DNA of 63,180 nt, filler included, from Chiloscyllium plagiosum (Eukaryota), in the NCBI RefSeq assembly GCF_004010195.1. It is 5 parts of one record of this genome, joined end to end, with 100 filler letters (N's around TTAATTAATTAA, not from the genome) between each part and the next. Parts side by side here need not be neighbours in the genome. Positions count along the whole stretch, not along the records: positions 33,797 to 47,994 come from NC_057712.1; positions 48,095 to 56,151 come from NC_057712.1; 3 more parts are not named here. One strand, written 5' to 3'. Position 1 is the first letter of the stretch, and every line of letters starts with the position of its first letter. Under the pieces are notes generated by a model. The model searched no databases. It saw only the letters and a list, made by a program, of their open reading frames with translations, and was not told the origin of the DNA. Below, piece by piece: positions 36,196 to 48,399 of the stretch. A program made the position numbers and the translations under genes.

Positions 36196-37189
36196 TCTAG
36201 CGTATCATTGCGCTAAATGGGACAGACTTCAAATTGATGAACTCAAGACTGAACATCAGTAAGGCATTGTAGGTCATCAACATCAGAAGAATTGTATTCC
36301 AGCACAATGTGTAACCTCATGGCCAGGCATATCCGCTACTCAACCATAGCCATCAAGCCAGGGCATCAACCTTGGCTCACTGGAGGGCATGCCAAGAACC
36401 GCACCAGACATACCTAAAAATAAGGTGTCAAGCTAGTGAAGTTACCAATCAGGACTACTTGCATACCAGATGGCATAAGCAGCAATTGGGGAACAGAGCT
36501 AAGCAATTCTACAATCAACAAATCAGCTCTGAGCTCTGCTGGACTGCTCATCTTGGACCTCTGGTTGTGATTAATAAACTTGTATTTCTATAAGTGTAGG
36601 GTACAATCAGAAGCACATACACTGAAATCCCCCTTATATATTGAATTATTCTATGACTTTAACATGGAAGCAAACCTCAAATAGTTAGACCACATTTTCT
36701 CGGTATTAAAATAAGACAAAAAAACAATTAGGGAAGTTCAATTAGTTTTAACATTTAATCATAAAATACTCAATATACATTTCATTGTCATTTCTTACAA
36801 TCTCCAAAAATGATTGATAATGAAAGCAGCAACATCTAAAGTGCATCTAAAGCTATGTCTTAAGCAGCTGGATGTAGGAATGACCATATTTAAATATCCC
36901 ACAGGTACACTAATGTAGCAAGTCACATTATCAAAACTTACTCATCAAATCAGACATTTCTCTTCACAGAAATGAGGTAATGGTGTAATAATAATTCCAT
37001 CAGCATGTACTGAATGTACTGAATTCATCAAACAAGACAACATGCTGAGAATGAACAGGGAGCTCGTGCTTTTGTTAAGAAAAGTGCACTGTATCATTTG
37101 GCTACTTTAATCAATTCAGCAGTTTTGCGTTCATAGTGGGATGTCAAGCTAGAAATGAACAATTGTGAGAGGTAAAGAAAACTGAAAAG

Positions 37190-37608
37190 CTTGCAGTTAT
37201 ATAGTGCCTTTTAGGTCCAAAGGACATTCCAAAGTGCTTTATAGCCAACTGAAGTAGCATCATGTTACAATGTATGAAATGCCACAACAAATTTACACAC
37301 AAAGAGCTCCCATAAACAACAATGTGGCAATGAACAGATAATCAGGTTTTAAGATGTTGATTGAACATTGGCCTAGTTCCTCTCATGGGAACTGTATCAC
37401 TTTCCTTCACTATCAGAAAGTAGTACTGGAACACTTTTTCGAACAGCACTATTGGTCTACCTCCACTACATGAACTGCAAAGGCTCAAAAGTGCAGCTCA
37501 CCACAGCTAGAGAAGACCACATCTCATAAACAAATGAAAATATACACCTTTGTTCTTCTTCAAAATAGTGCCATAGGAACTGTTACTTCCACCTGAGAAA
37601 GTAGACAG
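37190..37608 (-). mobile_element. Deu-domain SINE (AmnSINE1/SacSINE1-like), 3' part
   Basis: Reverse strand ctcaggtgga..tatggcactattttgaagaagaac and cattgttgtttatgggagc..ggcactatataactgcaa. Confidence 0.7.
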
Positions 37609-38109
37609 AATGACAGGATCACTATGGTACAGAAAGAGGTCATTCAGCCCACTGGACCTGCTTTACAAACGAGCATCATATTCTAGTTCCAATCTGCTGC
37701 TTTTCTACTTATCCTTGCACACTATGTCTATCCAAATAATCATCCAATATCCTCTTCAATGTCTCAATTGAACCTGCCTCCACCAAACTTCCAGGCAATG
37801 CATTCCACACTAACTACTTGCTGAGTGAAAAAGCTTTTTCTCACATCACTCTAAATCTATGACTTCCCATTCCTTTTTCTTTTGCCAGAGGGACATCTTC
37901 TGCCAGTCTACTCTATCAAAGCCCTTCATTAATCTGAAAACCTCGACCAAATCTCTCAGCCTTCTTGTCTCTAGGGAGAATAGTCCCAACTATCCTCTTG
38001 AATGAAGTTTCTCATTCTTGAAACTATTCCTGGAAATTACTTCTGCTTTCTCTCCAATGCACTCATATCCTTCATATAATACTCCAGATGAGGGCTACAA
38101 GCATTTTGG

Positions 38110-38435
38110 TCCAATCGGCCCATTGAGTTCGCATTGACCTTCTGAACAGCATCCCACCCCTGAGGCAGCCACCCCCCATACCTTTTCTCTGTAACCCTGC
38201 ATTTCCTATGGCTAATCCACCTAGTCTGAACATTCCTGAACACAATAGGCAATTTAGGATGGCCAATCTGTCCAACATGCGCATCTTTGGCCTGTGGGAG
38301 AAAACTGGAGCACCCGGAGGAAACCCACACGGATACAGGGAGGATGTGCAAATGTGACACATGCGCCTGAGGGTGGAAATAAATCCAAGTGTCCCTGGCG
38401 CTGTGAGGCAGCAGTGGGAACCACTGAGCCGTGTC
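38110..38435 (-). mobile_element. HE1-type V-SINE
   Basis: ggagcacccggaggaaacccac core in reverse orientation. Confidence 0.85.
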
Positions 38436-38747
38436 GCTACACTGCTCTAGCCACTTATCTTGCCACCTTCTTTGGTCTGTCCACATATATGCTGAGGTCC
38501 CTCTGCTCCTGCACCACCTTTAGAATTGTACTCATAGAACATAGAACAGTACAGCACAGAACAGGCCCTTCAGCCCACGATGTTGTGCCACTGATCCTCA
38601 TGTATGCACCCTCACATTTCTGTGACCATATGCATGTCCAGCAGTCTCTTAAATGTCCCCAATGACCTTGCTTCCATAACTGCTGCTGGCAACGCATTCC
38701 ATGCTCTCTCAACTCTCTGTGTAAAGAACCCACCTCTGACATCCCCT

Positions 38748-39076
38748 NNNNNNNNNNNNNNNNNNNNNNNNNNNNNNNNNNNNNNNNNNNNNNNNNNNNN
38801 NNNNNNNNNNNNNNNNNNNNNNNNNNNNNNNNNNNNNNNNNNNNNNNNNNNNNNNNNNNNNNNNNNNNNNNNNNNNNNNNNNNNNNNNNNNNNNNNNNNN
38901 NNNNNNNNNNNNNNNNNNNNNNNNNNNNNNNNNNNNNNNNNNNNNNNNNNNNNNNNNNNNNNNNNNNNNNNNNNNNNNNNNNNNNNNNNNNNNNNNNNNN
39001 NNNNNNNNNNNNNNNNNNNNNNNNNNNNNNNNNNNNNNNNNNNNNNNNNNNNNNNNNNNNNNNNNNNNNNNNNNNN
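38748..39076. other. Assembly gap (N run)
   Basis: N run. Confidence 1.
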
Positions 39077-39360
39077 CCTCGCATTTATCTAGGTTGAACT
39101 CCATCTGCCACCTCTCAGCCCATCTCTGCATCCTGTCAATGTCCCTCTGCAGCCTACAACAGCCCTCTATATTGTCAACGACACCTCCAACCTTTGTTCA
39201 TCTGCAAACTTGCTGACCCATCCTTCAATCCCCTCATCCAAGTCATTAATAAAAACTACAAACAGTAGAGGCCCAAGGACAGAGCCCTGTGGAACACCAC
39301 TCACCACAGATTCCATATGTTATCTTGTCTTTCAATGCTCTTCCTACTGTACAAGTTCAA

Positions 39361-39500
39361 CTTAATGTCTCATTTGAAAGACAGCAACTTTGAAAGTACC
39401 ATACTCCTTCAGTACTGTACTGGAGTGTGAACCTAGATGGTTAAGCTCATGTCCTGAGACCTGTAACCTTCTGACTTAGGACCAAGAGTGTTACCCACCT
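39361..39500 (-). mobile_element. Deu-domain SINE 5' part (tRNA-like head)
   Basis: ttaatgtctcatttgaaagacagc..ctggagtgt..ccttctgact..agagtgttaccca. Confidence 0.65.
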
Positions 39501-39506
39501 AACTTA

Positions 39507-39783
39507 GGGCAGCACAATGGCCCACAGTGCCAGGGACCTTGATTCAATTCCACCCTTCAGTGACTGTCTGGGTGAAGTTTGCATGTTCTCCCTCTATCTG
39601 TGGGTTTCCTCCAGTTGCTCCAGTGTTTCCTTTCACAGTCCAAAGATGTGTAGATTAGGGGATTGGCTGTGGGAAATGTGGGGTGACAGGGATACGGTGG
39701 GTCTGGGTGGTGCTCTTCTGAGGGTTGGTGCAGAATCGATGGGCCAAATGGCCTGTTTTCACATTGTAGGGCTCTATGATTCA
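39507..39783 (+). mobile_element. HE1-related V-SINE, degenerate
   Basis: gtttgcatgttctcc..gggtttcctcc core; CR1-like tail. Confidence 0.8.
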
Positions 39784-39809
39784 AAACTGGCAATGGAAAA
39801 TGGGACATT

Positions 39810-41480
39810 CGCTGTCCACTACACCTCCAATTTTGGTGTCATCTGCAAACTTACTAACTGTACCTCTTATGCTCACATCCAAATCATTTATGCAAATGAC
39901 AAAAAGTAGAGGACCCAGCACCGATCCTTGTGGCACTCCACTGGTCACAGGCCTCCAGTCTGAAAAACACCACCCTCTGTCTTCTACCTTGAAGTCAGTT
40001 TTGTATCCAAATGGCGAGTTCTCTCTGTATTCTGTGAGATCTCACCTTGCTAATCAGTCTCCCATGGGGAACCTTGTTGAAAGCCTTACTGAAGTCCATA
40101 TAGATCACATCTACTGCTCTGCTCTCATCAATTCTCTTTGTTACTTCTTCAAAAGACTCAAATCAAGTTTGTGAGACATGACTTCTCTCTAACAAAGTCT
40201 TGTTGACTATCCCTAATCAGTCCTTGCCTTTCCAAATACATGTACATCCTGTCCCTCAGGATTCCCTCCAACAACTTGCCCATCACCGATGTCAGGCTCA
40301 CTGGTCTATAGTTCCCTGGCTTGTCCTTACCACCCTTCTTAAACAGTGGCACCACGTTAGCCAACCTCCAGTCTTCCTGGCACCTCACCTGTGACTATCG
40401 ATGATACAAATATCTCAGCAAGAGGCCCAGCAATCACTTCTCTAGCTTCCCACAGAGTTATAGTGTAATCCTGATCAGGTCCTGGGGATTTATCCAGCTT
40501 TATGCATTTCAAGAAATCCAACATTTCCTCCTCTGTAATTTGGACATTTTGCAAGGTGTCACCATCTCTTTCCCTACAGTCTATATCTTCCATATCCTTT
40601 TCCACAGTAAATACTGATGCAAAATACTCGTTTAGTATCTTCCCCATTTTCTGCGGCTCCACATAAAGGCCACCTTGCTGATCTATTTTCTGGATCAGTG
40701 GTGCTGGAAGAGCACAGCAATTCAGGCAGCATCCGAGGACAGGCAGAATCGACGTTTCGGGCAAAAGCCCTTCATCAGGATCTATTTTCTCCCTAGTTAC
40801 CCTTTTGTCCTTAATATATTTGTAAGGACCCTTTGGATTCTCCTTAATTCTACTTGCAAAAGCTATGTCCCCTTTATGCCCTCCTGATTTCCCTCTTAAG
40901 TATACACTACTGCCTTTCTACTCTTCTAAGGATGCGGCTTCTATGAGAAAAGCCATCATTTTTCTGAATTCCAGTGAATATAGTCCTAATTGATGCAGCC
41001 TCTCTTCATTTGTCAGTTTAGCCTCCCAGAACTCATTTGGTTATTATTACACACCCTCCAATGCCAAATTATACTTCCTCAGATAAAGAGACCAAAATGC
41101 AAAAGACACAGAATAATACAGGTGTGGTCTCACTCAGCCTGTATAACTGCAGCAAGATATTCCTGTTCCTGTACTCAAATCCTCTTGCTTCGAAGGCCAA
41201 CATACCATTTGCCTTCTTTACCACCTGTTGCATCTACATGCTTATGTGCAGTACCTGGCGTACAAGGACACCCAGATCTTGTTGCACCTCCCTCTTTCCC
41301 AACTTATCACCATTCAGAAAATAGTCTGTCTACCTGTTTTTGCTCCAAAGCAGATAACCTCATGTTTATCCACATAATACTTCTTCTTCCATGCATTTGC
41401 CCACTAACTCAACTTATACAAATCACACTGAATCTCTGCATCCTCTTCCACTCAGCTTTTTTGTTGTACAAAGTACTCAC
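39810..41480 (-). mobile_element. CR1 RT fragments (two adjacent copies)
   Basis: KSPGPD, NYRPVSLTS, FADDTK. Confidence 0.85.
40692..40778 (-). mobile_element. Single-arm PLE mini-element with intact hammerhead core (40751-40778)
   Basis: Reverse complement CTGATGAAGGGCTTTTGCCCGAAACGTC; TSD gatctattttct. Confidence 0.85.
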
Positions 41481-41804
41481 TTTAATATAATTTAAATATT
41501 ATTTACAATACTGCATCAACACTGCTGACTAAATGCTGCTTGTTAGCATTGTGGATGACTTATTCCACTATTTTGCTAATTATTGGGAGTAAACCGATTG
41601 TATGGCAATTGGCCAGGTTGGATTTGTCTTGTTTTTTGTGAACAGGATATACAGTACTTGGACAATTTTCCTCATTGATTAGGAAATCCAGCAGATTTCC
41701 TTTCCTAAAGATTATTAAAGAATCTTCTCCTGAATACAGTAACCACTCCCTTCAACATCAATTGGAACAAGAGAGAGAGAGAGAGAAAATGAGAGAGAGA
41801 AGCT

Positions 41805-44085
41805 TTTTATTTGTCATTTCTACCACATACAACTGATACAGTAGAAACGAGACAGCGCTCCTCCAAGACCAATGATGCTACATGGACAGCACAAACTACA
41901 CACACGTACATGGCATAAAGTGCATAAGAAGCGCAAAACACGCAAGTTACAGTGTAATAGAAATATAATAAATTATAGACATTTTTCTAGCAGCAATTCA
42001 AAGTCGTGCAAAGAATTTCAGATGGGGAAGAGTCTGATCATATTGCGTTAAGGAGCCTGATGGCTTGGGGGAAAAAAACTGTTGCACGGTCTGGCCGTGA
42101 GAGACCAAATGCTCCGGTATCTTCTGCCAGATGGCAGGAGGGAGAAGAGTTTGAGTGAGGGGTGCGTGGGATCTTTCACAATGCTCTTAGCCTTTCGGAT
42201 GCACCTTCTCAGCTGTCCTCACTATCCGTTATAGGGTCAGGCAGTGATGCAGCAGCTCAGGGTACTCTCAATGAACCCTCTGTAGAATGTGGTGAGGATG
42301 GAGGGTGGGCCTGTGCAGAAAGTAGATATGCTACTGGGCTGTCTTGGCTATGGGGCTGGTGTTGAGGGTCCAGGTCAGATTCTCTGCCAGGTGTTTGTCA
42401 TTTTTATAAATGACCTGGATGAGGGTAGAAGGGTAGGTTAGTAAATTTGCTGATGACACTAACATCAGTGGAGTTATGGATAGTGCTGAAGGATTGTTAT
42501 AGGTTACAGAGGGACATAGATAAGCTGCAGTGCTTGGCTGAGAGATGGCAAATGGAGCTTAATGTGGACAAGTGTGAGGTGATTCACTTTGGAAGGAGCA
42601 ACAGGAATACAGAATACTGGACTAATGATAAGATTCTTGATAATGTAGATGAGCAGAGAGATCTCAGTGTCCATGTACATAGATCCCTGAAAGTTGCCAC
42701 CCAGGTTGATAGGGTTGTTAAGAAGGCATATGGTGTGTTAGCTTTTATTGGTAGAGGGATTGAGGTTCGGAGCCATGAGGTCATGTTGCAGCTGTATAAA
42801 ACTCTGGTGCGGCCGCACTTGGAGTATTGCGTACAGTTCTGGTCACTGCATTATAGGAAGGATGTGGAAGCTTTGGAAAGGGTTCAGAGGTGATTTGCTA
42901 GGATGTTGCCTGGTATGGAGGGAAGGTCTTATGAGGAAAGGCTGAGGGACTTGAGGCTGTTTTCATTAGAGAGAAGAAGGTTGAGAGGTGACTTGAGACA
43001 TATAAGATAATCAGAGGGTTAGATAGGGCAGACAGTGAGATCCTTTCTCCTCAGATGGTGATGGCTAGCACGAGGGATATAGCTTTAAACTGAGAGCTGA
43101 TAGATATAGGACACATGTCAGAGGCATAAAAGCAAATTATGGGTCAGTTAGACTCGAAATGTCAGCTCTTTTCTCCCCTTACAGATGCTGCCAGCATTTT
43201 CTCTTTTGGTTTCAAATGTCAGAGGCAGTTTCTTTACTCAAAGTGTAGTAGGGGGGTGGAACGTCCTGCCTGCAACAGTAGTAGACTCACCAAGTTTAAG
43301 GGCATTTAAATGGTCATTGGATAAACATATGAATGAAAATGGAACAGTGTAGGATAGATGGGCTTCAGATTGGTTCTACAGATTGGCATAACATCAAGGG
43401 CCAAAGGGCCTGTACTGCACTGTAATATTCTATGTTCTCTGTGTACACCAAGAAATTTGGTGTTCTTCACAATCTCCACGGGGAAGCTGTCGATGTCCAG
43501 GAGAAAGTGGTCGCTCTGTGCCCTCCTGAAGTCAACAACCATCTCTTTCATCTTGTCCACATTTAGAGAACAGGTTGTTGGCTCTGCACTAGTCCGCTAG
43601 CCGCTACACCTCCTCTCTGTATGCTGACTTGTTCGTGCTACTATACTCAAATCATCAGCGAACTTGATGTGATCTGACCTGTGCATCGCTGCATCAGCAG
43701 GGTGAACAGCAGTGGACTGAGCACAGCTCTGGGTGGGGGGTGCTCAGTTTGATGGTGTTGGACATGCTGCTCCTAATGCAGGCCGACTGAGGTCTCCCAT
43801 TGAGGAAGTCCAGGATTTAGTTACAAAAGGAGGTATTTAGGCCCAGCAGACTCAGCTTTCCAATCAGATACTGAGGAACGATAGTGTTAAATATAGAACT
43901 GATGTCTATGAACAGTAGTCGGACATAGGTGTCCTTCTTCTCCAGGTGGGCGAGAGCCAGACAAGAGGTGGTGGAAATGGCATCATCTGTTGAGTGTTTT
44001 GGTCGATATATGAACTGCTGGTTATCCAGTGGGGGGGGGGCAGCAGGGTCTTAATATGCCTCATCACGAGCCTCTTGAAGCACCA
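41805..44085 (-). mobile_element. Rex1/Babar LINE 3' half, split by a CR1 insertion
   Basis: Reverse strand DPTHPSLKLFSLLPSGRRYRS..NSFFPQAIRLLN and KEMVVDFRR..KFLGVH. Confidence 0.8.
42393..43438 (+). mobile_element. 5'-truncated CR1
   Basis: RT C-terminus to tail; contains a family-2 PLE insert at 43127-43215 (TSD atgtcagaggca). Confidence 0.9.
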
Positions 44086-44172
44086 AGGCTGGCAAGGGCA
44101 ATGAATGACATCAAGGTAATAATTTGACAGGGACTGATATCAAGAGCTCAAGCAAAATTGAAGTCAATGGGA

Positions 44173-44305
44173 TAAAAGCAAAATATTGTAGATGCTGAAA
44201 ATCTGAATTAAGAACCTGAGGATTCTGGCAAAACTCAGCAGGTCTGACAGCATTTGTGGAGAGAGAGAAACAAAGCTAATGTTTCAAGTTCAAAGACTCT
44301 CCTTC
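44173..44305 (-). mobile_element. PLE mini-element (family 2), degenerate
   Basis: taaaagcaaaatattgtagatgctgaaaatctg..ctcagcaggtctgacagcat. Confidence 0.65.
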
Positions 44306-44589
44306 CTAACATGGAAATTTATCACCATTCCTTCATCATTGCTGGGTCAAAATTCTGGAGTTTTGCCTCAAGCAGCACTGAAGATGTCTCTCCATTACTA
44401 GAGGTGCAGCTATTCAATTGGGCATCACACCAACAAATACTCAAGGGAAATTAAGATCACACAAGAAATGTTGATCTTGCCAAGAATTTTACTTTTTAAA
44501 TTATTCTTTCATGGAATGTGGGCATTGCTGCCTAGACCAGCATTTACTGTCCATCACTTGTTAGTCCTGTGCATGATTGTACATAGTTT

Positions 44590-44672
44590 AGATTAGAGTG
44601 GTGCTGGAAAAGCACAGCTAATCCGAGGAGCAGGAAAATCGACGGTTCGGGCAAAAGCCCTTCAACAGGAAT
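44590..44672 (-). mobile_element. PLE mini-element (family 1), degenerate
   Basis: gtggtgctggaaaagcacagc..tcgggcaaaagcccttc. Confidence 0.75.
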
Positions 44673-45240
44673 AAAATAGGCAATGGGTAGCCTTTAAAGA
44701 CCTCTTGCATGACTTACAGCAAATATACATTCCTTCAAGGTGGAAAAACTCAAAAAAGGCCAGTCAACTGTGGCTAACAGAGAAAGTTCAAAATTGCACA
44801 AGATTAAAAGAAAAGGCCGTAAATTGCAAGAAGTAACAGTAATTCTGAAGATTGGAGGTTTATAGAATAGAGCATGAGAGAACCTGAAAATTGATAAGGA
44901 AAGGGAGAACAGAGTATGAATGCAATCTAGCAAAAAAACATAAAAATAGACTGTAAAATCGTCTCTCGGTATGTAAAACAAAACATTTGGCTCAAACATG
45001 TGTGGGTCCATTAAAAGCAGAGTCAGGAGAATTTATAATGAGGAATAGAGAAATAACAAAAGATAGAAAGGAAGTCTGCCAGAAGCTGAATCTAAGTGGT
45101 CATGAAGAATGGGAACTTAAAGGAAACTAATAAATCAGAATGAAGATTGATAAATCCACACAAACTTCATCCAGTGTGTTAAAGGAAGCTGTTTAGAAAT
45201 AGTTGATGCATTGATAATTATATTCCAAATTTCCAAATTG

Positions 45241-45810
45241 GGATAAGGGCGTCACTTGCTAGGCCAGCATTTAAAGCCTGTAACTAGTTGCCCAGAAGCC
45301 AGTTAAGAGTCAAACCCATTGTTGTGCGTCTGGAATCACACACGTAGGCCAGACCAGGTAAGGATGGTGGTTTCCTACCCTACAGTGTGCCAAATGGGTC
45401 TTTCCTGACAACTAGGTAAAAACAAGGACTGCAGATGCTGGAAACCAGAGTCGAGATTATAGTGGTGCTAGAAAAGCACAGCAGCTTAGGCAGCATCCGA
45501 GGAGCAGGAAAATCGACATTTTGGGCAAAAGCCCTTCGAGCTCTATTCCTCTTGAAGGACTTTTGTCCAAAACGTCGATTTTGCTGCTCCTCAGATGCTG
45601 CCTGACCTGCTGTGCTTTTCCAGCACCACTATAATCTTTCCTGACAACTGGCAATGCATTCATGATGATCATTAGATCCTAATTCTAGGTTATTATTGAA
45701 TTCAAATTCCACTATCTGCCAATGGCAGGATTTAAAGCCTGGTCCTTCAAACATTACCAGAGTCTCTTGATTAACAGTCCAGTCATAATACCACTAGGCC
45801 GTTGCCTCCT
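45241..45810 (-). mobile_element. tRNA-derived SINE (second family) interrupted by a PLE palindrome
   Basis: Reverse complement resembles 8310-8650. Confidence 0.7.
45414..45634. mobile_element. Palindromic PLE mini-element (family 1)
   Basis: 15-bp TSD tctttcctgacaact at 45399-45413 and 45635-45649. Confidence 0.85.
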
Positions 45811-46270
45811 CTTACGTTGCTTTTGGTGAATTGCCTTAAATACAAACACACAAAATATAGGCAGAAGTGGACCCTCGAATCTCATCTGACATTCAATAAG
45901 ATCATGGTTAATCTGTTTGTGTTTCGAATTCCACATTCCCATCTGCCTCACATAAGCCTCAATTCCCTGCTTAACAAGATTGTATCTACCTTTGTCTTAA
46001 AAATATTTAATTACCCATCTCCATTGCATTTGAGGCACAGAGTTCTATAGCCGCAAAACTCAGAAAAAAATCCTTCTCATCTTTGTTCTAAGAGAGAAAT
46101 TAGTAATTTTTAAGTCGTACCACAGTTCTGACTCAGCCAGAAGAGGAAACATCCTTTCCGCATCCACTGTTTCAAACCCATTCAGGTCCCTCTACACTTC
46201 AATAAAGTCACCCTTCACTGTTCTACTCCAATGTAAACAAGCCCAATTTGCTGAATATATCCCAGAAAGC

Positions 46271-46604
46271 AGATTAGATTAGATTAGATTCCATACAGTG
46301 TGGAAACAGGCCCTTCGGCCCAACAAATCCACACTGACCCGCTGAACAGCAACCCACCCAGTACCATTCCCCTACATTTACCCCTGACTAATGCACCTAA
46401 CACTACGGACAATTTAGCATGGTCAATTCACCTAACCTGCACATCTTCGGACTGCGGGAAGAAACTGGAGCCCTGGAGGAAACCCACGCAGACACGGGGA
46501 GAATGTGCAAACTCCACACGGTCAGTTGCCTGAGGTGGGAATTGAACCGGGATCCCTGGCGCTGTGAGGCAACAGTGCTAAACCACTGAGCCATTGTGCT
46601 GCCC
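46271..46604 (-). mobile_element. HE1-type V-SINE within an antisense CR1 3' fragment (about 45840-46700)
   Basis: Full reverse complement of the 740-1050 type; (agatt)n tail. Confidence 0.9.
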
Positions 46605-46699
46605 AAATCTGCTCATTCCATATATGAATCTAGTAAACTTGCTCTGAACTGTCTCCAATGCATTGAGATCCTTCCTTAAATAAGGAGACCACAGGGACT

Positions 46700-47994
46700 A
46701 CTTGCGGACACAGAGATGGGCTCAAGTTCGTATACTTCAACGCAAGGAGTATCAGAAATAAGGTGGGTGAACTTAAGGCGTGGATCGGTACCTGGGACTA
46801 CGATGTTGTGGCCATCACGGAAACGTGGATAGATGTGGGACAGGAATGGCTGTTGGAGGTTCCTGGTTACAGGTGTTTCAGTAAGATTAGGGAGGGTGGG
46901 AAAAAAGGAGGGGGGGTGGCATTGCTAATTAGAAATGCAGAAAGGAAGTTTGAGGGGGATCTGCCTCTGGAGGTAGTATGGGCTGAAGGCAGAAATAGGA
47001 AAGGTGCAGTCACCTTGTTGGGTGTCTACTATAGGCCCCCCAATAGCAGCAGAGATGTGGAGAAACAGATTAGGAAACAGATTTTGGAAAGGTGCAGAAG
47101 CCACAGGGTAGTAGCCATGGGCGATTTCAACTTCCCAAATATTGATTGGAAGCTCTTTAGATCAAGTAGATTGGATGGGGCGGTGTTTGTGCAGTGTGTC
47201 CAGGAAGCTTTTCTAACGCAGTATGTAGATTGTCCAACCAGAGGGGAGGCCATATTGGATTTGGTACTCGGTAATGAACCGGGACAAGTGGTGGGCTTGT
47301 TAGTGGGTGAACATTTTGGTGATGGTGACCACAATTCTGTGACTTTCACCTTGGTTATGGAGAGAGATAGGCGCGCACAACAAGGTAGATTTTATAATTG
47401 GGGGAAGGGAAATTACGATGCTGTAAGGCAGGATTTGAGGAGCATACGTTGGGAGCATACGTTGTCAGGGAAGGATGTGGTGGAAATGTGGAACTTCTTC
47501 AAAGAGCAGATACGACGTGTCCATGATATGTATGTACCTATCAGGCAGGAAAGAAATGGTCGTGTGAGGGAGCCTTGGTTGACGAGAGAGGTTGAAGGTC
47601 TGGTAAAGAGGAAGAAGGAGGCATACATAAGGTTGAGGAAACAGGATTCAGACAGAGCAGTGGAGGGATACAGGATAGCCAGAAGGGACCTGAAGAAAGG
47701 GATTAGGAGAGCTAAGAGAGGGCATGAAAAATCGTTGGCGGATAGGATCAAGGATAACCCCAAGGCATTTTATGCGTATGTGAGAAACCTGAGAATGACG
47801 AGAACGAGGGCAGGTCCGATCAAGGACAGTAGTGGGAGACTGTGTATTGAGTCGGAAGAGATAGGAGAGGTCTTGAACAAGTACTTCTCTTCAGTATTTA
47901 CGAACGAGAGGGACCGTATTGTAGAAGAGGAGAGTGTGAAATGGACTGGTAAGCTAGAAGAGATACCTGTTAGGAAGGAAGATGTGCTGGACAT
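46700..47994 (+). mobile_element. CR1 ORF2 N-terminal half (APE endonuclease), open to the linker
   Basis: About 410 uninterrupted codons: YFNARSIRNK, ITETW, YYRPPN, GDFNFP, DHN, PW. Confidence 0.95.
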
Positions 47995-48094
47995 NNNNNN
48001 NNNNNNNNNNNNNNNNNNNNNNNNNNNNNNNNNNNNNNTTAATTAATTAANNNNNNNNNNNNNNNNNNNNNNNNNNNNNNNNNNNNNNNNNNNN
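47995..48094. other. Artificial contig linker
   Basis: N44-TTAATTAATTAA-N44. Confidence 0.95.
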
Positions 48095-48399
48095 ACAGTC
48101 TCAGCAGTAGCGTTAGGAGGAGGGTAGGCTTCAATCCACTTCGAAAAGACATCAGCAATAAGCAAAACACATTTATAGCAACTCAACTCATTTCTACAAC
48201 TCAATGAAGTCCACTTCAAGGCCGAGATTGATAGATTCTTGTTGTCTCGAGGAATTAAGGGCTACGGGGAGAACGCTGGTAAGTGGAGCTGAAATGCGCA
48301 TCAGCCATGATTGAATGGCGGAGTGGACTTGATGGGCCGAATGGCCTTACTTCCACTCCTATGTCTTATGGTCTTGTCTTATGTTCTATGTTCTATGAT

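Larger units (their letters stand above)
37615..39310 (-). mobile_element. Nested CR1 3' fragments (with gap 38748-39076)
   Basis: Two CR1 tails (about 37620 and 38533); WAERWQMEFN frame. Confidence 0.8.
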
